Positions 10,150-20,071 of a stretch of 64,000 nt of DNA are shown here, in pieces. The translations under genes were made by a program, and so were the position numbers. Every line of letters begins with the position of its first letter. The stretch's first letter is position 1. Source of the DNA: Candidatus Desulfaltia sp. (GTDB taxonomy: Bacteria; Acidobacteriota; Aminicenantia; Aminicenantales; UBA8522). The stretch lies in NCBI GenBank assembly GCA_035528895.1, contig DATKXS010000038.1:23895-87894 (forward strand), given 5' to 3'. Below the pieces are notes generated by a model, which saw only the letters and a list, made by a program, of their open reading frames with translations, searched no databases and had not been told where the DNA came from.

Positions 10150-10201
10150 TCCCCTGGGTGGCCTATCAAAACCATTCTCAAATCTCAAGAAAGGAGGCTC
10201 C

Positions 10202-11362
10202 TTGAAAAACAACGTCTTAAGAGTCGGCTTTGTTTTGCTCTTGGTCGCGTTCCTTGCTTATGGGGATGAAGACAAGCCGTTCAACGGGCTCAACCTCAGC
10301 CAAGGGAACCTGAGCCGCCTGTCCAAGGCCCAGACGCGCTCCATCAGCCCGGAAAACTTCAGCGGCGAGAAAGGCAAGGCCGGCATGTCGGTCGACGGCC
10401 CGGCCATGAAGGCGGCCCGCGACCTCGGCCAGGGCTGGAAAGTCTCCCCCTACGTGAGGATCCAGCCCAAGGAAACGTTCGTCATGGCTGACGTCAGGGG
10501 CGCGGGCGCCCTCCAACAGATCTGGCTGACCCCGGCCGGGGCCTGGAGGTTCGCCATCATCCGCTTCTACTGGGACGACGAAACCGAGCCCTCCGTCGAA
10601 TGTCCGGTCGGCGATTTCTTCGCCTGCGGCTGGGGACGGTACGCCCAGATATCGTCGCTGGCCGTCTGCGTCAATCCGGGGAGCGCCTTCAATTGCTACT
10701 GGCAGATGCCGTTCCGGAAGGGGTTCAAGGTTACGCTCGAGAACATTGCCGACGACAACTTCACCCTTTATTACCAGATCAACTACACGCTGACCGAGGT
10801 GCCCGACGACGCCGCCTATTTCCACGCCCAGTTCCGGCGGACGAACCCCCTGCCTTATAAGAGCGTCTACACGATCGTCGATGGGATCAAGGGATGGGGC
10901 CACTACGTCGGCACTTATATGGCCTGGGGTGTGAACAACAACGGCTGGTGGGGCGAGGGCGAGATCAAGTTCTACCTTGACGGCGACAAGGATTTCCCGA
11001 CGATCTGCGGCACGGGCACTGAGGACTACTTCTGCGGCTCCTATGACTTCGACACCAAGAGGCCGGACGGCACGGTCCAATACACCGAGCACACGACCCC
11101 CTACAGCGGCCTTGCCCAGGTCATCCGGGGTGATGGGCATTATGACGTCCAGCAGCGGTTCGGGCTCTACCGCTGGCACATTATGGACCCGATCCGGTTC
11201 GATAAGGACCTCAAGGTGACGATCCAGGCCCTGGGCTGGCGTTCGGGCGGACGGTATCTGCCGCTCCAAGATGATATCTCGTCCGTGGCCTTCTGGTACC
11301 AGCAGGAACCCCACGCACCGTTCCCGAAGCTGCCCGATAAGGATTATCTAGAAATCATCTGA
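10202..11362 (+). CDS. DUF2961 family secreted protein (proposed glycoside hydrolase, GH172-like)
   Basis: TTG start 4 nt after AAGGAGG, signal peptide (VLRVGFVLLLVAFLAYG). The about 385-aa body has the conserved aromatic/Gly-rich pattern of DUF2961. Confidence 0.5.
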   Translation: MKNNVLRVGFVLLLVAFLAYGDEDKPFNGLNLSQGNLSRLSKAQTRSISPENFSGEKGKAGMSVDGPAMKAARDLGQGWKVSPYVRIQPKETFVMADVRGAGALQQIWLTPAGAWRFAIIRFYWDDETEPSVECPVGDFFACGWGRYAQISSLAVCVNPGSAFNCYWQMPFRKGFKVTLENIADDNFTLYYQINYTLTEVPDDAAYFHAQFRRTNPLPYKSVYTIVDGIKGWGHYVGTYMAWGVNNNGWWGEGEIKFYLDGDKDFPTICGTGTEDYFCGSYDFDTKRPDGTVQYTEHTTPYSGLAQVIRGDGHYDVQQRFGLYRWHIMDPIRFDKDLKVTIQALGWRSGGRYLPLQDDISSVAFWYQQEPHAPFPKLPDKDYLEII

Positions 11363-11503
11363 ATCAGGCCGGGGCCGTTCCCCCCGCTACCATCCTCGGT
11401 TGCCCGGGGACGTCCTCCATTCTCTGCCTATCCCTTCTTGTCCGAATTGACAATTTCTATAACCAAACCTATATTTTGATTAGAGAAAGGGTTCGATTAA
11501 CCC

Positions 11504-14500
11504 CTATTTTTTGGGGTAAGCCGGCCGTTCCGGGAAATTCAGCGGATTCTCTCTGATCTTCTCCAGGATGACCTCGATGGCTTTCTCCAGCTGGAGGTCA
11601 CGCCCAGCCACGGCGGAACCGGGGTCATTGTCGATGAGAATATCCGGATCAGCGCCGTGGTTCTCGACCAGCCACTTCCCTTCCGGGCCGTAAAAGGCAT
11701 TGTTCGATTGTTCGACCCGGCCGTTGTCGATCGTCGTCTGACCGTTGAGGATACCGACCAAGCCACCCCAGGAAGGCACGCCGACCACGGTCCCCAGCTT
11801 CCGCGACTTGAAGTGCTCGACAAAAGCTTCTCCGTCGGACCCGTTGTTCTCATTGGATAGAACGACGTAATTGCCGTTTCCGGTCGATCCCGGATAGCGG
11901 AAGGGCACCATTCCCCGCAGGACGTTGAAGGAGTCCAGTTGCCTCTCCAGCTTGTCGATGAGGAAATACTCGGTCCAGCCGCCGGAGTTTCGCCGCAGGT
12001 CGAGGATGATCCCGTCCTTGTAGCGGAAGGCTCTCCAGTACTTGTCGAACTCGCCAATTCCGCCCGGGCCCATGGCGTTGATATGCATATACCCAACCCG
12101 TCCGTTAGTCGCCTCCGCGATGGTGCGGATGTTGTCCTGGATCCAGCGGAAGTAGCGGAGTTCCCGATCGCTGCGGATAGGCTCGACCTCGTATGTTTTG
12201 GCACCTTCCAGGGAGGGCCTGGCGTTTACCGTCACTTTGACCTTCTGTCCTCTGGTGACTTGGAGGAGCTTGAAATAACCATCCCCGGCCCGGAGCGGCA
12301 CACCGTTAATGGCCAGGAGGTAGTCATTCTCCTTGATGTCCATGTCCGGCCGGACAAGGGGTCCCGATAGGTCCAAGTTGACTTCGGTCGGGCCGTAAAT
12401 CCGGGCCAGCCTATAAAAGCCTGCCGCCGGATCAGCGACAAGGTCGGCCCCAAGAAGACCCGTGTAAAGGGGTGATCGCGGCGTCTCGGCCGGACCGTAG
12501 TCCCCCCCACCGATGTAGGTATGGGAGACACAAAGCTCGCCGACCATCTGCGACATGACCCAGTTGAGCTCCTCCCGCGATGAAAGATGGGGAATATAGG
12601 CCCGGTACTTTTCGCCCATGGCCTTCCAGTCGCGGCCGTGGAAACCGGCGTCATAGAAGAAATCCCGGTACCAGCGCCAGCAATCATTGAAGATCTGGTT
12701 CCATTCCTTCTGCAGATCAACACGATAGAGGAGAGTCGAAAGGTTAAGCTTCTCGCCCAATCCCTTGTTCTGATAGGCCTTATCAACGGATACCCAATAG
12801 ATGTCGTCTTCTTTCCGGATGATCAGCTGCCCGCCGTTTGTCGAGAGGTCGAACTCGCGTATTTTATCGCCAAGGATAACCTCTTTTCCGGCGGCGACAT
12901 CGAAGATGTGGAGGTCCCACTTGGTGGCGCCGCGGGGCGCGAAGATCTCCTCATACTCATCGTCGGTGAATTTGTCCACAGAGGCATAGAGAACCTTGCC
13001 CTTGCCAGCTTTGAGGTGGAAATAGTTACCCGCTGGAACGGGAAGCGGATAAACCCGCTTGGACAGTCCTTCAAGGTCGATGCGAAAAGGCCCGACTTCT
13101 CCTTTTTTATCGCTTTTTTCCTCCGGAGTCTCTCCCGCAAAAGGCGGCTTCTCTCCGGCCCTGAGCTGCACGGCCATGATCTGCTGGGGAGAAGCGATGA
13201 CGTGGTTGTCCTCATAGAAATCCATCTGGACGCCGAAATTCCGGCTGGACACAAAATAAAGATAGCGGCCCTCAGCATCGAAGGACGGGTAAAGATTATC
13301 GTAGAAATCGTCGGTGACGGCATGGCGTTTCTCCGTCTCCGTGTCGTACAGGAAGATCCGGCTGTTACGATTGTATTGGACGAGGCTGTAAGCGATCCAG
13401 CGGGAATCGGGCGCCCAGGAATAATCGCTGATCTCCCAGTAGAACTCGTCGTTCTTCATCTGGTTGGAGGAATCGATTTTCTTGAGTTTCTTGGACTCCA
13501 CGTCGATAACAAAGATCGAGAAATCCTTGTTGCCGAAGAGAATCTTCTTCCCGTCCGGCGACCAGAGGAGGTGATAAACCGTTCTATCGAGATCGCTGGT
13601 CAACGGCGTCCATTCTCCACCATCTGCTTTTTGGAGATAAAGCTGGTAATCGCCGCTCTTGTCCGAGAAGAACGCGATCCTTTTCCCATCGGGAGAGGGA
13701 GCCGGGTACATTTCGCGCGTGCCGGGTGTATTGGAGAGGTTGACCGCTGGCTCTTTCGCCGTGGGCACGGTGAAGACGTCTCCCCGAGCTTCGAGGACCA
13801 CGGCCTCGCCATCATCGGCGATCTTGAGATGGTGGATGTATTCGCGCGGGCTGATAACGCGGTCGCGAAGGGCCCAGCGGTCGGAGGGGACGAGCACTGC
13901 AATTTTATTTGATTGTCCGGACGCAACGTCGAGGACACGGAGATAGCCGTCCTGGACGTAAACGATCGTTTGGCCGTCGGTCTGGGGCATCATCACGTCG
14001 AAATCGGCATAGCTCGTGACGGGACGGACCTCACCGCCGCCGATCTTCTGGGCGTAGATGTTGGAAATCCCATTCCCCCGGTCGGAAACGAAATACATTG
14101 TCTCGCCAATCCACATCGGATAGCTGTTCTTGCCCACGTAGTCCGAGACGGGCGTATACTTCCGGGTGCGGCCGTCGTACATCCAGATGTCCTGGTAGCG
14201 TCCCCCTTTGTACCGTTTCCAGTAATATTCCTCGGTGCCGCGGCGGCAATAAAGAAAATTCTGTCCGTCGGGTGAGAAGCTGATGAGCACCCCTCGCTCC
14301 AGCGGCAAACGCTCGGGGGCGCCGCCCTTGACGGATACATAATAGAGGTTGGGATCGCGGCCGATGACGTTCTCGAACATCGACCGGAAAACGACCTTGG
14401 CGCCGTCAGGCGTCCAGCCCACGACATCGGCCGATCCCGGCTGGTAAGTCAGCCGGGTTGGAGCTCCTCCCTCGGCCGGCATGAGATAGACCGACGGGGA

Positions 14501-14755
14501 ACCGTCGTAGGTCGCAGAAAAGGCGATCCACTTCCCGTCCGGCGAGAATTTGGCAGAGGATTCATAGCCGGGGAAGGTCGTGATCCGCGAGGCCGTCCCG
14601 CCCTGAGCGGAGACGATCCAGAGGTCGCCTTCATAGGTAAAGACGATCTTGCCTTTCTGGATGCTCGGGTAGCGGAAGAACCGTCCCTCCTCTGCGGCCA
14701 GCGCCGTACCGGCTATCAGGACAAACGCAAATAGCATGACCAGAGCTTTTTTCAT
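11504..14755 (-). CDS. Tricorn protease homologue (S41 peptidase with beta-propeller, PDZ and C-terminal catalytic domains)
   Basis: 1083 aa with a signal peptide, repeated WSPDG/FSPDG propeller motifs, a PDZ-like region and a C-terminal S41 Ser/His region (GSDGEAFV). Confidence 0.8.
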   Translation of the reverse strand: MKKALVMLFAFVLIAGTALAAEEGRFFRYPSIQKGKIVFTYEGDLWIVSAQGGTASRITTFPGYESSAKFSPDGKWIAFSATYDGSPSVYLMPAEGGAPTRLTYQPGSADVVGWTPDGAKVVFRSMFENVIGRDPNLYYVSVKGGAPERLPLERGVLISFSPDGQNFLYCRRGTEEYYWKRYKGGRYQDIWMYDGRTRKYTPVSDYVGKNSYPMWIGETMYFVSDRGNGISNIYAQKIGGGEVRPVTSYADFDVMMPQTDGQTIVYVQDGYLRVLDVASGQSNKIAVLVPSDRWALRDRVISPREYIHHLKIADDGEAVVLEARGDVFTVPTAKEPAVNLSNTPGTREMYPAPSPDGKRIAFFSDKSGDYQLYLQKADGGEWTPLTSDLDRTVYHLLWSPDGKKILFGNKDFSIFVIDVESKKLKKIDSSNQMKNDEFYWEISDYSWAPDSRWIAYSLVQYNRNSRIFLYDTETEKRHAVTDDFYDNLYPSFDAEGRYLYFVSSRNFGVQMDFYEDNHVIASPQQIMAVQLRAGEKPPFAGETPEEKSDKKGEVGPFRIDLEGLSKRVYPLPVPAGNYFHLKAGKGKVLYASVDKFTDDEYEEIFAPRGATKWDLHIFDVAAGKEVILGDKIREFDLSTNGGQLIIRKEDDIYWVSVDKAYQNKGLGEKLNLSTLLYRVDLQKEWNQIFNDCWRWYRDFFYDAGFHGRDWKAMGEKYRAYIPHLSSREELNWVMSQMVGELCVSHTYIGGGDYGPAETPRSPLYTGLLGADLVADPAAGFYRLARIYGPTEVNLDLSGPLVRPDMDIKENDYLLAINGVPLRAGDGYFKLLQVTRGQKVKVTVNARPSLEGAKTYEVEPIRSDRELRYFRWIQDNIRTIAEATNGRVGYMHINAMGPGGIGEFDKYWRAFRYKDGIILDLRRNSGGWTEYFLIDKLERQLDSFNVLRGMVPFRYPGSTGNGNYVVLSNENNGSDGEAFVEHFKSRKLGTVVGVPSWGGLVGILNGQTTIDNGRVEQSNNAFYGPEGKWLVENHGADPDILIDNDPGSAVAGRDLQLEKAIEVILEKIRENPLNFPERPAYPKK

Positions 14756-15125
14756 GAGGAACCTCCTTTGAAAAATATTGCAATCGGCATGAAAATGATA
14801 TTTTTTCTCAATCGGATAGCCAAGTCAAATGAAGCTTCCAGAATCCGACCAACCGATCCGACTCATCCGGATGGGGCCTTCGCAAGGAAGGCAGATGAGG
14901 CCTAGCATAAAGCAGAACGCCATGAGAACAAGAGGGCAAACAGAATCAGCGCCAACCAAAAAGATTTCTTTTTTTTCAGAATCGATTTCAAGTCAAATCC
15001 AGTGACGTTTTCGGCCATCTCTTCCCCTCGTTAAATTCATGAATATTCGCCCCGTTGAGCGAGAGAAAAACATAACACCGGGGCCGAACTGATGTCAATT
15101 TCGCAAAACGACCCCGCGCCATCGC

Positions 15126-15350
15126 TTACAGGCTCAGCCGTAGCATAGTGAAATTGACGGCCTCGACCTGGGGGATGTCTTCATTGTCCCCCAGACTGTC
15201 CTCGATCCGCACCTGGATCGCCGTGCGGATATTCTCGAGGGCTTCTTCGTAGCTTTCACCGTGAGCTTCGCAGTCCGCGAACTCCGAGCACACAGCCAGC
15301 CAGCCGTTGCCGTTCTTGCCGATCACCACCGAGAATCGATAATCTTCCAT
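15126..15350 (-). CDS. HicB-like antitoxin-domain protein (UPF0150 family), apparently orphan
   Basis: YRFSVVIGKNGNGWLAVCSEFADCEAHGESYEEALENIRTAIQVRIE matches the HicB/UPF0150 pattern (xYxVVIEKDEDGGYxAxVPDLPGCxSQGDTxEEALxNxxEAI). It lies 56 nt downstream of dnaE2 on the same strand, with no HicA-like ORF adjacent. Confidence 0.55.
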   Translation of the reverse strand: MEDYRFSVVIGKNGNGWLAVCSEFADCEAHGESYEEALENIRTAIQVRIEDSLGDNEDIPQVEAVNFTMLRLSL

Positions 15351-15406
15351 CGTCTGCCTCCGCTGATTACGCAGCCATTTTCATGCCAAAATCGTCCACA
15401 TGAATC

Positions 15407-18400
15407 CTAAAATGTTTTTAAAAAGGAGCAGTTATGGATCTTGACCAGGCCGGCGCCGCCGCGGCGGACCTCTCCCCGGAGGCAGCAGACGGGCGGCTGT
15501 CCGAAGCTCAAACAACGCCTCTCCCCCACCCCCTCGAGAAGCCCGGTCTCGTCCTCAAATAAATAAAAATACTTACTGCCGTTGCTCGTGTCCTTGAGCC
15601 GAGCATCGACCACCCGCACCACGAGCTCTACTTGCTGTCCGAAGTAATTGCCCAAATCTTTGACCCGGAGCTCCGGCCTCTTCCCTTCGTAGAGCTCGAG
15701 GGAATCGGGCCCCGGGCTGAAGCCGAGGGAGTCGACGAGCATCTTGGCCTTCTCGAGCGAATTCATGTCCGCGACCTCCTCCATGTCCTCGAGCCCCTGG
15801 AAATAGCGCAATATCTGCCGCGTCCGCCGCGGCTCGAGGGAATCGAACACCCCGGCCTTGATGAGCGAAAGAAGCTCGGCCCTTCCGAGATGGACGCGGG
15901 CCAGGAAATCCTCGACCGAAGCGAACTCGCCATCCTTGCGCTCAGCGACGATCTTCTCTATCGTCTTGACCGCCAGCCCCTTGATCGAGGTCAAGCCGAC
16001 GCGGATGTTGGACCCCTCGACTTCGAAGAGATGGCCGCTCCGGTTGATGTCCGGGCCCAAGAATTTGATGCCGCGGCGTTTGGCCTCTTCGATGTACTCG
16101 CTGAGCGGGTAGTAGCCGCCGCCGGCGTTGAGCACCGCCGCAAGATAGGGCACGGTGTGATGGACCTTGAGGTAGACGGCCTGGTAGGACATGGCCGCGT
16201 AGGAGGCGCTGTGGGCCTTGTTGAAGGAGTAGCCGGAGAATTTCTCCATGGTCGCCCAGAGCTTTTCGATCTCGGCGGTCGGGTAGCCCCGCTCCCGCGC
16301 CTCGCGGAAGAACTTTTCTTTGAGCGCCGACCGGGTGCCGTTCTTTTTCTTGAGCGCCCGCCGCAGCAGGTCGCCTTCCTCGGGCGGCATCCCCGCCACC
16401 CGCTCCGCCACCTGCATCACCTGCTCCTCGTAGAGGAGAAGCCCGCCGGTCTCAGGCAGGATTTTCTCGAGGAGAGGCTCCCGGAACGTCTGCCGCTTCT
16501 CCCGCGCCCGGAGGAGCGCCTCTTTCATCCCGCTCTCGGTCGGGCCGGGCCGGATGAGGGCCAGGGCCTGGGTCAGTTCGTAGATTGTCTCCGGCTTCAT
16601 CCGCCGGAGGAGGTTCATCATGGCCGGACTCTCCACCTGGAAGCAGCCGATGGTCTGGGCTGTCTGGAGCAGCTTGTACGTCTTGGCGTCATCGGGCGGG
16701 ATGCTCCGGAGGCCAAGCCTCTCCCTGGTCTCGGAGATGGCCGCCAGCCCCCGCACCGAAAGGAGGTCGAGCTTGATGAGCTTCAGGTCCTCGACCGCGT
16801 CCCGGTCGAAATGGCTCATGACGAGCCCCTTGGCCGACTCCTCGAGCGGGAGGAAGCGGGTCGCCGGTGCGGGCGTGAGGATGACGCCTCCGACATGGAG
16901 CGAGATCTCGGCGTAGACGCCGCCAAGTTGGGAAGCCATCTTCCAGACCTCGAGATGGCCCGCGGCCGGCTTGTCCCGCCGCAGGAAATCGGGCTCGGCG
17001 AAGAACGGGATCCTCTTCGTCAGCGACCGCGCCTCTTCCGGCGGAATGCCGAAGGCCCGGGCCGTCTCATAGAGAGCGGAGCGGGCGCGGTAGTTCTTCA
17101 GGCTGCAGACAAAGGCCGCCCCCGTCCTCCCCTGCCCGTATTTTTTCAGGACATAGTTGAGGACCTCGTCGCGCCGGCGGGAGTCGAAATCGAGGTCGAT
17201 GTCCGGTGGGTCGTTCCGGCCGGCGTTGAGGAAGCGCTCGAAGTAGAGATCGAACTCGACCGGACTGACGTGGGAGACACCGAGGAGGTAGGCTAAGTAG
17301 GAGGAGGCACCCGAACCCTTGAGGTTGTGGAGGATGCGGTGGCGACGGGCGAACTCGATGACGTCGTGGACGATGAGGAAGTAAGGCGCAAACCCGGATT
17401 TCTCGATGACATCCAACTCCCGGCGGGCCCGCTGCCTCTCCCGCCAGCTCAAATCCTTCGCGCCGCGGAGCCGCTCCATGACGAGCCCGCGCAGCGGCGT
17501 GGGAAAGAGGTCGGGAGGGAGCGGCGGCACGATCTCCTCAAAGGCGAAGCGGCATTTTTCGGCGACCTCAAATGTCCTCTGGAAGGCATCCTTGACGGCG
17601 GGACCGAGCTTGCGGAGGGCGACTGTTTCCTGGTCCGGGCCGAAGAGCGTCGTCCTTTCCGCCAGCCTGTCCTTCTCCGGAGGATAAGGGACCTTCCTGG
17701 TGATGGCGTGGAGAAGGATGAGGCGCTCCGGGCTCTGGACGAATTTCAGCGGGTTGGCCCAGACGAGGGGAAGGCCATGGGTGCGGGACCATTCCGCCGC
17801 CCGACTGAAATTCGCAAAATCACAGCCCAGGTAGAAATCGCCATCGCTGAATGAATCGAGAACAACGCCGGTCCCGTTGCCTGAATTGACCTGAAAACCA
17901 GCGGCGTTCTTGCCGGGACGATTTTCCGCGATAATCTTGAACTCCGCCGGCAGGTCGATGTCCTCAGCCCTGGGAATATATACGGTGACGAGGCCCTCGG
18001 TCGCCAATCGAACCACTTTTTCCCCTGTTTCTTTCTCCCCTTCTGGCATCGATCCTCCCACTCCATTCCCAGCCTGAGTCTTTGCTTTCGCCGTTGCGCT
18101 CTTCCCGTCAACTGGCTTTCTTCCCCACTCTCCTGCTTGCCTTACCAAGGCTGCACTTTCCTCACGCGCTGTGTCTATTTTTCCTTCTCTCGTCTCTCCT
18201 TCTTCTTTCGGCCGCCGCCCCTTCTGGTTGAATATCTCCATCAAATTCCAGTAGCCCTCCCGGCTTTTGACGAGGAAGACAAACTGTCGGCCGCCGACCG
18301 CGAGCTCGCAACCGAAAAGGGGCCGCGCCCCCCGCGCTTCCGCCGCCCTCTTCCACTTCGCCCAGCCGTAGATATTCTCGATGTCGGCGAGGGCCGCCGC

Positions 18401-18505
18401 CCCTATCCTTTTCCGCGCCACCCACGCCGCCGCTTCCTCCAGCGTGACGCTCCCCTTCCCCCGGCTGTAAACCGAATGGAGACGCAGCGGGACGAACATG
18501 CTCAA
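15407..18505 (-). CDS. dnaE2: Error-prone DNA polymerase III alpha-subunit paralogue DnaE2 (ImuC)
   Basis: 1032 aa with an N-terminal PHP domain (MFVPLRLHSVYS), a Pol III alpha core, and no C-terminal tau-binding extension. Co-directional with dinB and lexA immediately upstream. Confidence 0.8.
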   Translation of the reverse strand: MSMFVPLRLHSVYSRGKGSVTLEEAAAWVARKRIGAAALADIENIYGWAKWKRAAEARGARPLFGCELAVGGRQFVFLVKSREGYWNLMEIFNQKGRRPKEEGETREGKIDTAREESAALVRQAGEWGRKPVDGKSATAKAKTQAGNGVGGSMPEGEKETGEKVVRLATEGLVTVYIPRAEDIDLPAEFKIIAENRPGKNAAGFQVNSGNGTGVVLDSFSDGDFYLGCDFANFSRAAEWSRTHGLPLVWANPLKFVQSPERLILLHAITRKVPYPPEKDRLAERTTLFGPDQETVALRKLGPAVKDAFQRTFEVAEKCRFAFEEIVPPLPPDLFPTPLRGLVMERLRGAKDLSWRERQRARRELDVIEKSGFAPYFLIVHDVIEFARRHRILHNLKGSGASSYLAYLLGVSHVSPVEFDLYFERFLNAGRNDPPDIDLDFDSRRRDEVLNYVLKKYGQGRTGAAFVCSLKNYRARSALYETARAFGIPPEEARSLTKRIPFFAEPDFLRRDKPAAGHLEVWKMASQLGGVYAEISLHVGGVILTPAPATRFLPLEESAKGLVMSHFDRDAVEDLKLIKLDLLSVRGLAAISETRERLGLRSIPPDDAKTYKLLQTAQTIGCFQVESPAMMNLLRRMKPETIYELTQALALIRPGPTESGMKEALLRAREKRQTFREPLLEKILPETGGLLLYEEQVMQVAERVAGMPPEEGDLLRRALKKKNGTRSALKEKFFREARERGYPTAEIEKLWATMEKFSGYSFNKAHSASYAAMSYQAVYLKVHHTVPYLAAVLNAGGGYYPLSEYIEEAKRRGIKFLGPDINRSGHLFEVEGSNIRVGLTSIKGLAVKTIEKIVAERKDGEFASVEDFLARVHLGRAELLSLIKAGVFDSLEPRRTRQILRYFQGLEDMEEVADMNSLEKAKMLVDSLGFSPGPDSLELYEGKRPELRVKDLGNYFGQQVELVVRVVDARLKDTSNGSKYFYLFEDETGLLEGVGERRCLSFGQPPVCCLRGEVRRGGAGLVKIHNCSFLKTF

Positions 18506-18653
18506 GCTCTATTCCCTCTCCCCCTCTCCTTCATCCTCCCCCGCCAACTAGAGAAGGAAGACGAGAGTCGCCGATCAATCCTCCTCCCCTGGTGGGAGGA
18601 GGTCGGGAGGAGGGGGATTTCTTTATTCAGAAGAGACACGCGCATCATGACGA

Positions 18654-19877
18654 TTACCTTGTCAACGACGCGGTCTTGAGGACGAACCCGCGCCTCTGCT
18701 CGAACTCGTAGACGGTGTCGAGCATCTTTTCCCGGACCGTCAGGAGCGAGCCGAACCCGTACTTCTCCCGCACCCGGTCGACGGCCGCACCCAGCCGCTC
18801 TTCCCGGTCCGAGTACGGCTCGAAGAGAGAAAGGGACCTGGCCCTGACCAGGTCCGAGGCCTTGACGCCGACGAGCCTCAAGGCCAGCCGCGACGAGGCG
18901 AAAAGATTCAGGAAAAGGTCCTCGGCGACCCGGTAGATCCCGCCCATCTCCTGGAGGGGTGTCAGCAGGAGGCGGCGCCGCACCTCGGTCTTGAAGTCGG
19001 AGTAGCGGGCCTTGACCTCGATGACGTGGGCGAAGAGGTGCTCCTGCCGCAGGCCGAGGGTCAGCCGGTCGCAGAGATAGGCGAGATGAGCGAGGAGCAG
19101 CCGCCTGTCCCAGAGGTCCTCGAGGAAGGTCGTCTCCCGCGAGACGGACTTGGGGACGGTGGGCGTAAACACGGGCCGGCTGTCGATCCCGCGCGACTGA
19201 AGATAGACCTCCTCGCCCTCGAGACCGAAGAGGGAGCGCAGCGCCGGCCGCGGCATCCCCCAGAGGTCGCCGATCTTGTGGATGTTGAGCATCCGGAGGA
19301 CGACCTGGGCCTTGGGCCCGATCCCGGGCAGGCTCTCGATGCCGAGGCCGCGGAGGAACTCCTCCTCGCAACCCTCCTCAACCTCGAAGAACCCGGCGGG
19401 CTTGGCCTTTTTGGTGGCCAGTTTGGCCAGGATCTTGTTGGGCGCCATACCAACCGAGACCTTGAGTCCGGTCGCTTTCTCAATGCGCGCCTTCATCTGC
19501 CGGGCGACGGCGGAGAAGGACGAATAGAGCGGCCGGCAGCGGGTGAAATCGAGGTAGGCCTCGTCGAGCGAGGCCTCCTCGACGTCGGGCGTGTACTCAT
19601 GGAGGATGCGGAAGAACTTCTCGGAGAAGGCCTGGTAAACCTGGTAGTTACCGCGGATGAAGAGGCCGTTCGGGCAGAGCTGGTAGGCCTTGCGCAGGGG
19701 CATGCCGGAGTGGACGCCGTAGCGGCGGGCCTCGTAGTTGCAGGTCGAGGCCACGCCCCGCTCGTGGGGCAGACCGCCGACGATGACCGGCTTCCCTTTC
19801 AGGGCGGGGTCGAGCAGCTCCTCGACGGCCGCGAAAAAGGCGTCGATGTCGATGTGGACGATCGAGCGGCGCTTCAT
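18654..19877 (-). CDS. dinB: Y-family DNA polymerase (DinB/Pol IV-like; occupies the ImuB position of the cassette)
   Basis: MKRRSIVHIDIDAFFAAVEE... and SLDEAYLDFT retain the catalytic Asp/Asp/Glu, followed by little-finger-like helix-hairpin-helix regions. The longer annotated N-terminal extension is not supported. Confidence 0.75.
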   Translation of the reverse strand: MKRRSIVHIDIDAFFAAVEELLDPALKGKPVIVGGLPHERGVASTCNYEARRYGVHSGMPLRKAYQLCPNGLFIRGNYQVYQAFSEKFFRILHEYTPDVEEASLDEAYLDFTRCRPLYSSFSAVARQMKARIEKATGLKVSVGMAPNKILAKLATKKAKPAGFFEVEEGCEEEFLRGLGIESLPGIGPKAQVVLRMLNIHKIGDLWGMPRPALRSLFGLEGEEVYLQSRGIDSRPVFTPTVPKSVSRETTFLEDLWDRRLLLAHLAYLCDRLTLGLRQEHLFAHVIEVKARYSDFKTEVRRRLLLTPLQEMGGIYRVAEDLFLNLFASSRLALRLVGVKASDLVRARSLSLFEPYSDREERLGAAVDRVREKYGFGSLLTVREKMLDTVYEFEQRRGFVLKTASLTR

Positions 19878-20071
19878 CCCGGCCTCGTTTTCATTTGAAT
19901 CGCTCTTCCGCCCTTCCCTTCTCCGTCCAGTTGTCATTGCGAGGAACCTTGTGACGAAGCAATCTCCAACTGAGATGGCTTCGCTAATGCTCGCCATGAC
20001 ATACTGTCGTACTGCATCCGCGATGACAAAAAGTCCTCCTGCAATCAGAGCCGCACATAGAGGGACCTCCC

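Noticed and set aside
8646-10181. 511-aa ORF antisense to the LysA-like decarboxylase gene
   Set aside because: It has no recognisable motifs and Pro/Arg/Gly-rich low-complexity composition typical of spurious antisense ORFs in high-GC DNA. The opposite strand encodes a well-supported PLP decarboxylase.
14756-15125. A possible HicA toxin partner, or a type I toxin-like 38-aa hydrophobic ORF, downstream of the HicB-like gene
   Set aside because: The only ORFs are 28 aa and a 38-aa hydrophobic peptide (MAENVTGFDLKSILKKKKSFWLALILFALLFSWRSALC). Neither has the HicA double-stranded RNA-binding-like pattern. Both are too short and unsupported to call.
15632-17296. 554-aa ORF antisense to dnaE2, and similar long antisense or off-frame ORFs (2743-3861, 10217-11314, 12587-13912, 19026-19898, 18502-19371, 42712-43692, 45732-46844, 58256-59053, 60482-61231, 62248-63675, 63233-63982)
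   Set aside because: All lie opposite or out of frame with genes that have clear family signatures. Their translations are Arg/Pro/Gly/Asp-rich with no conserved motifs.
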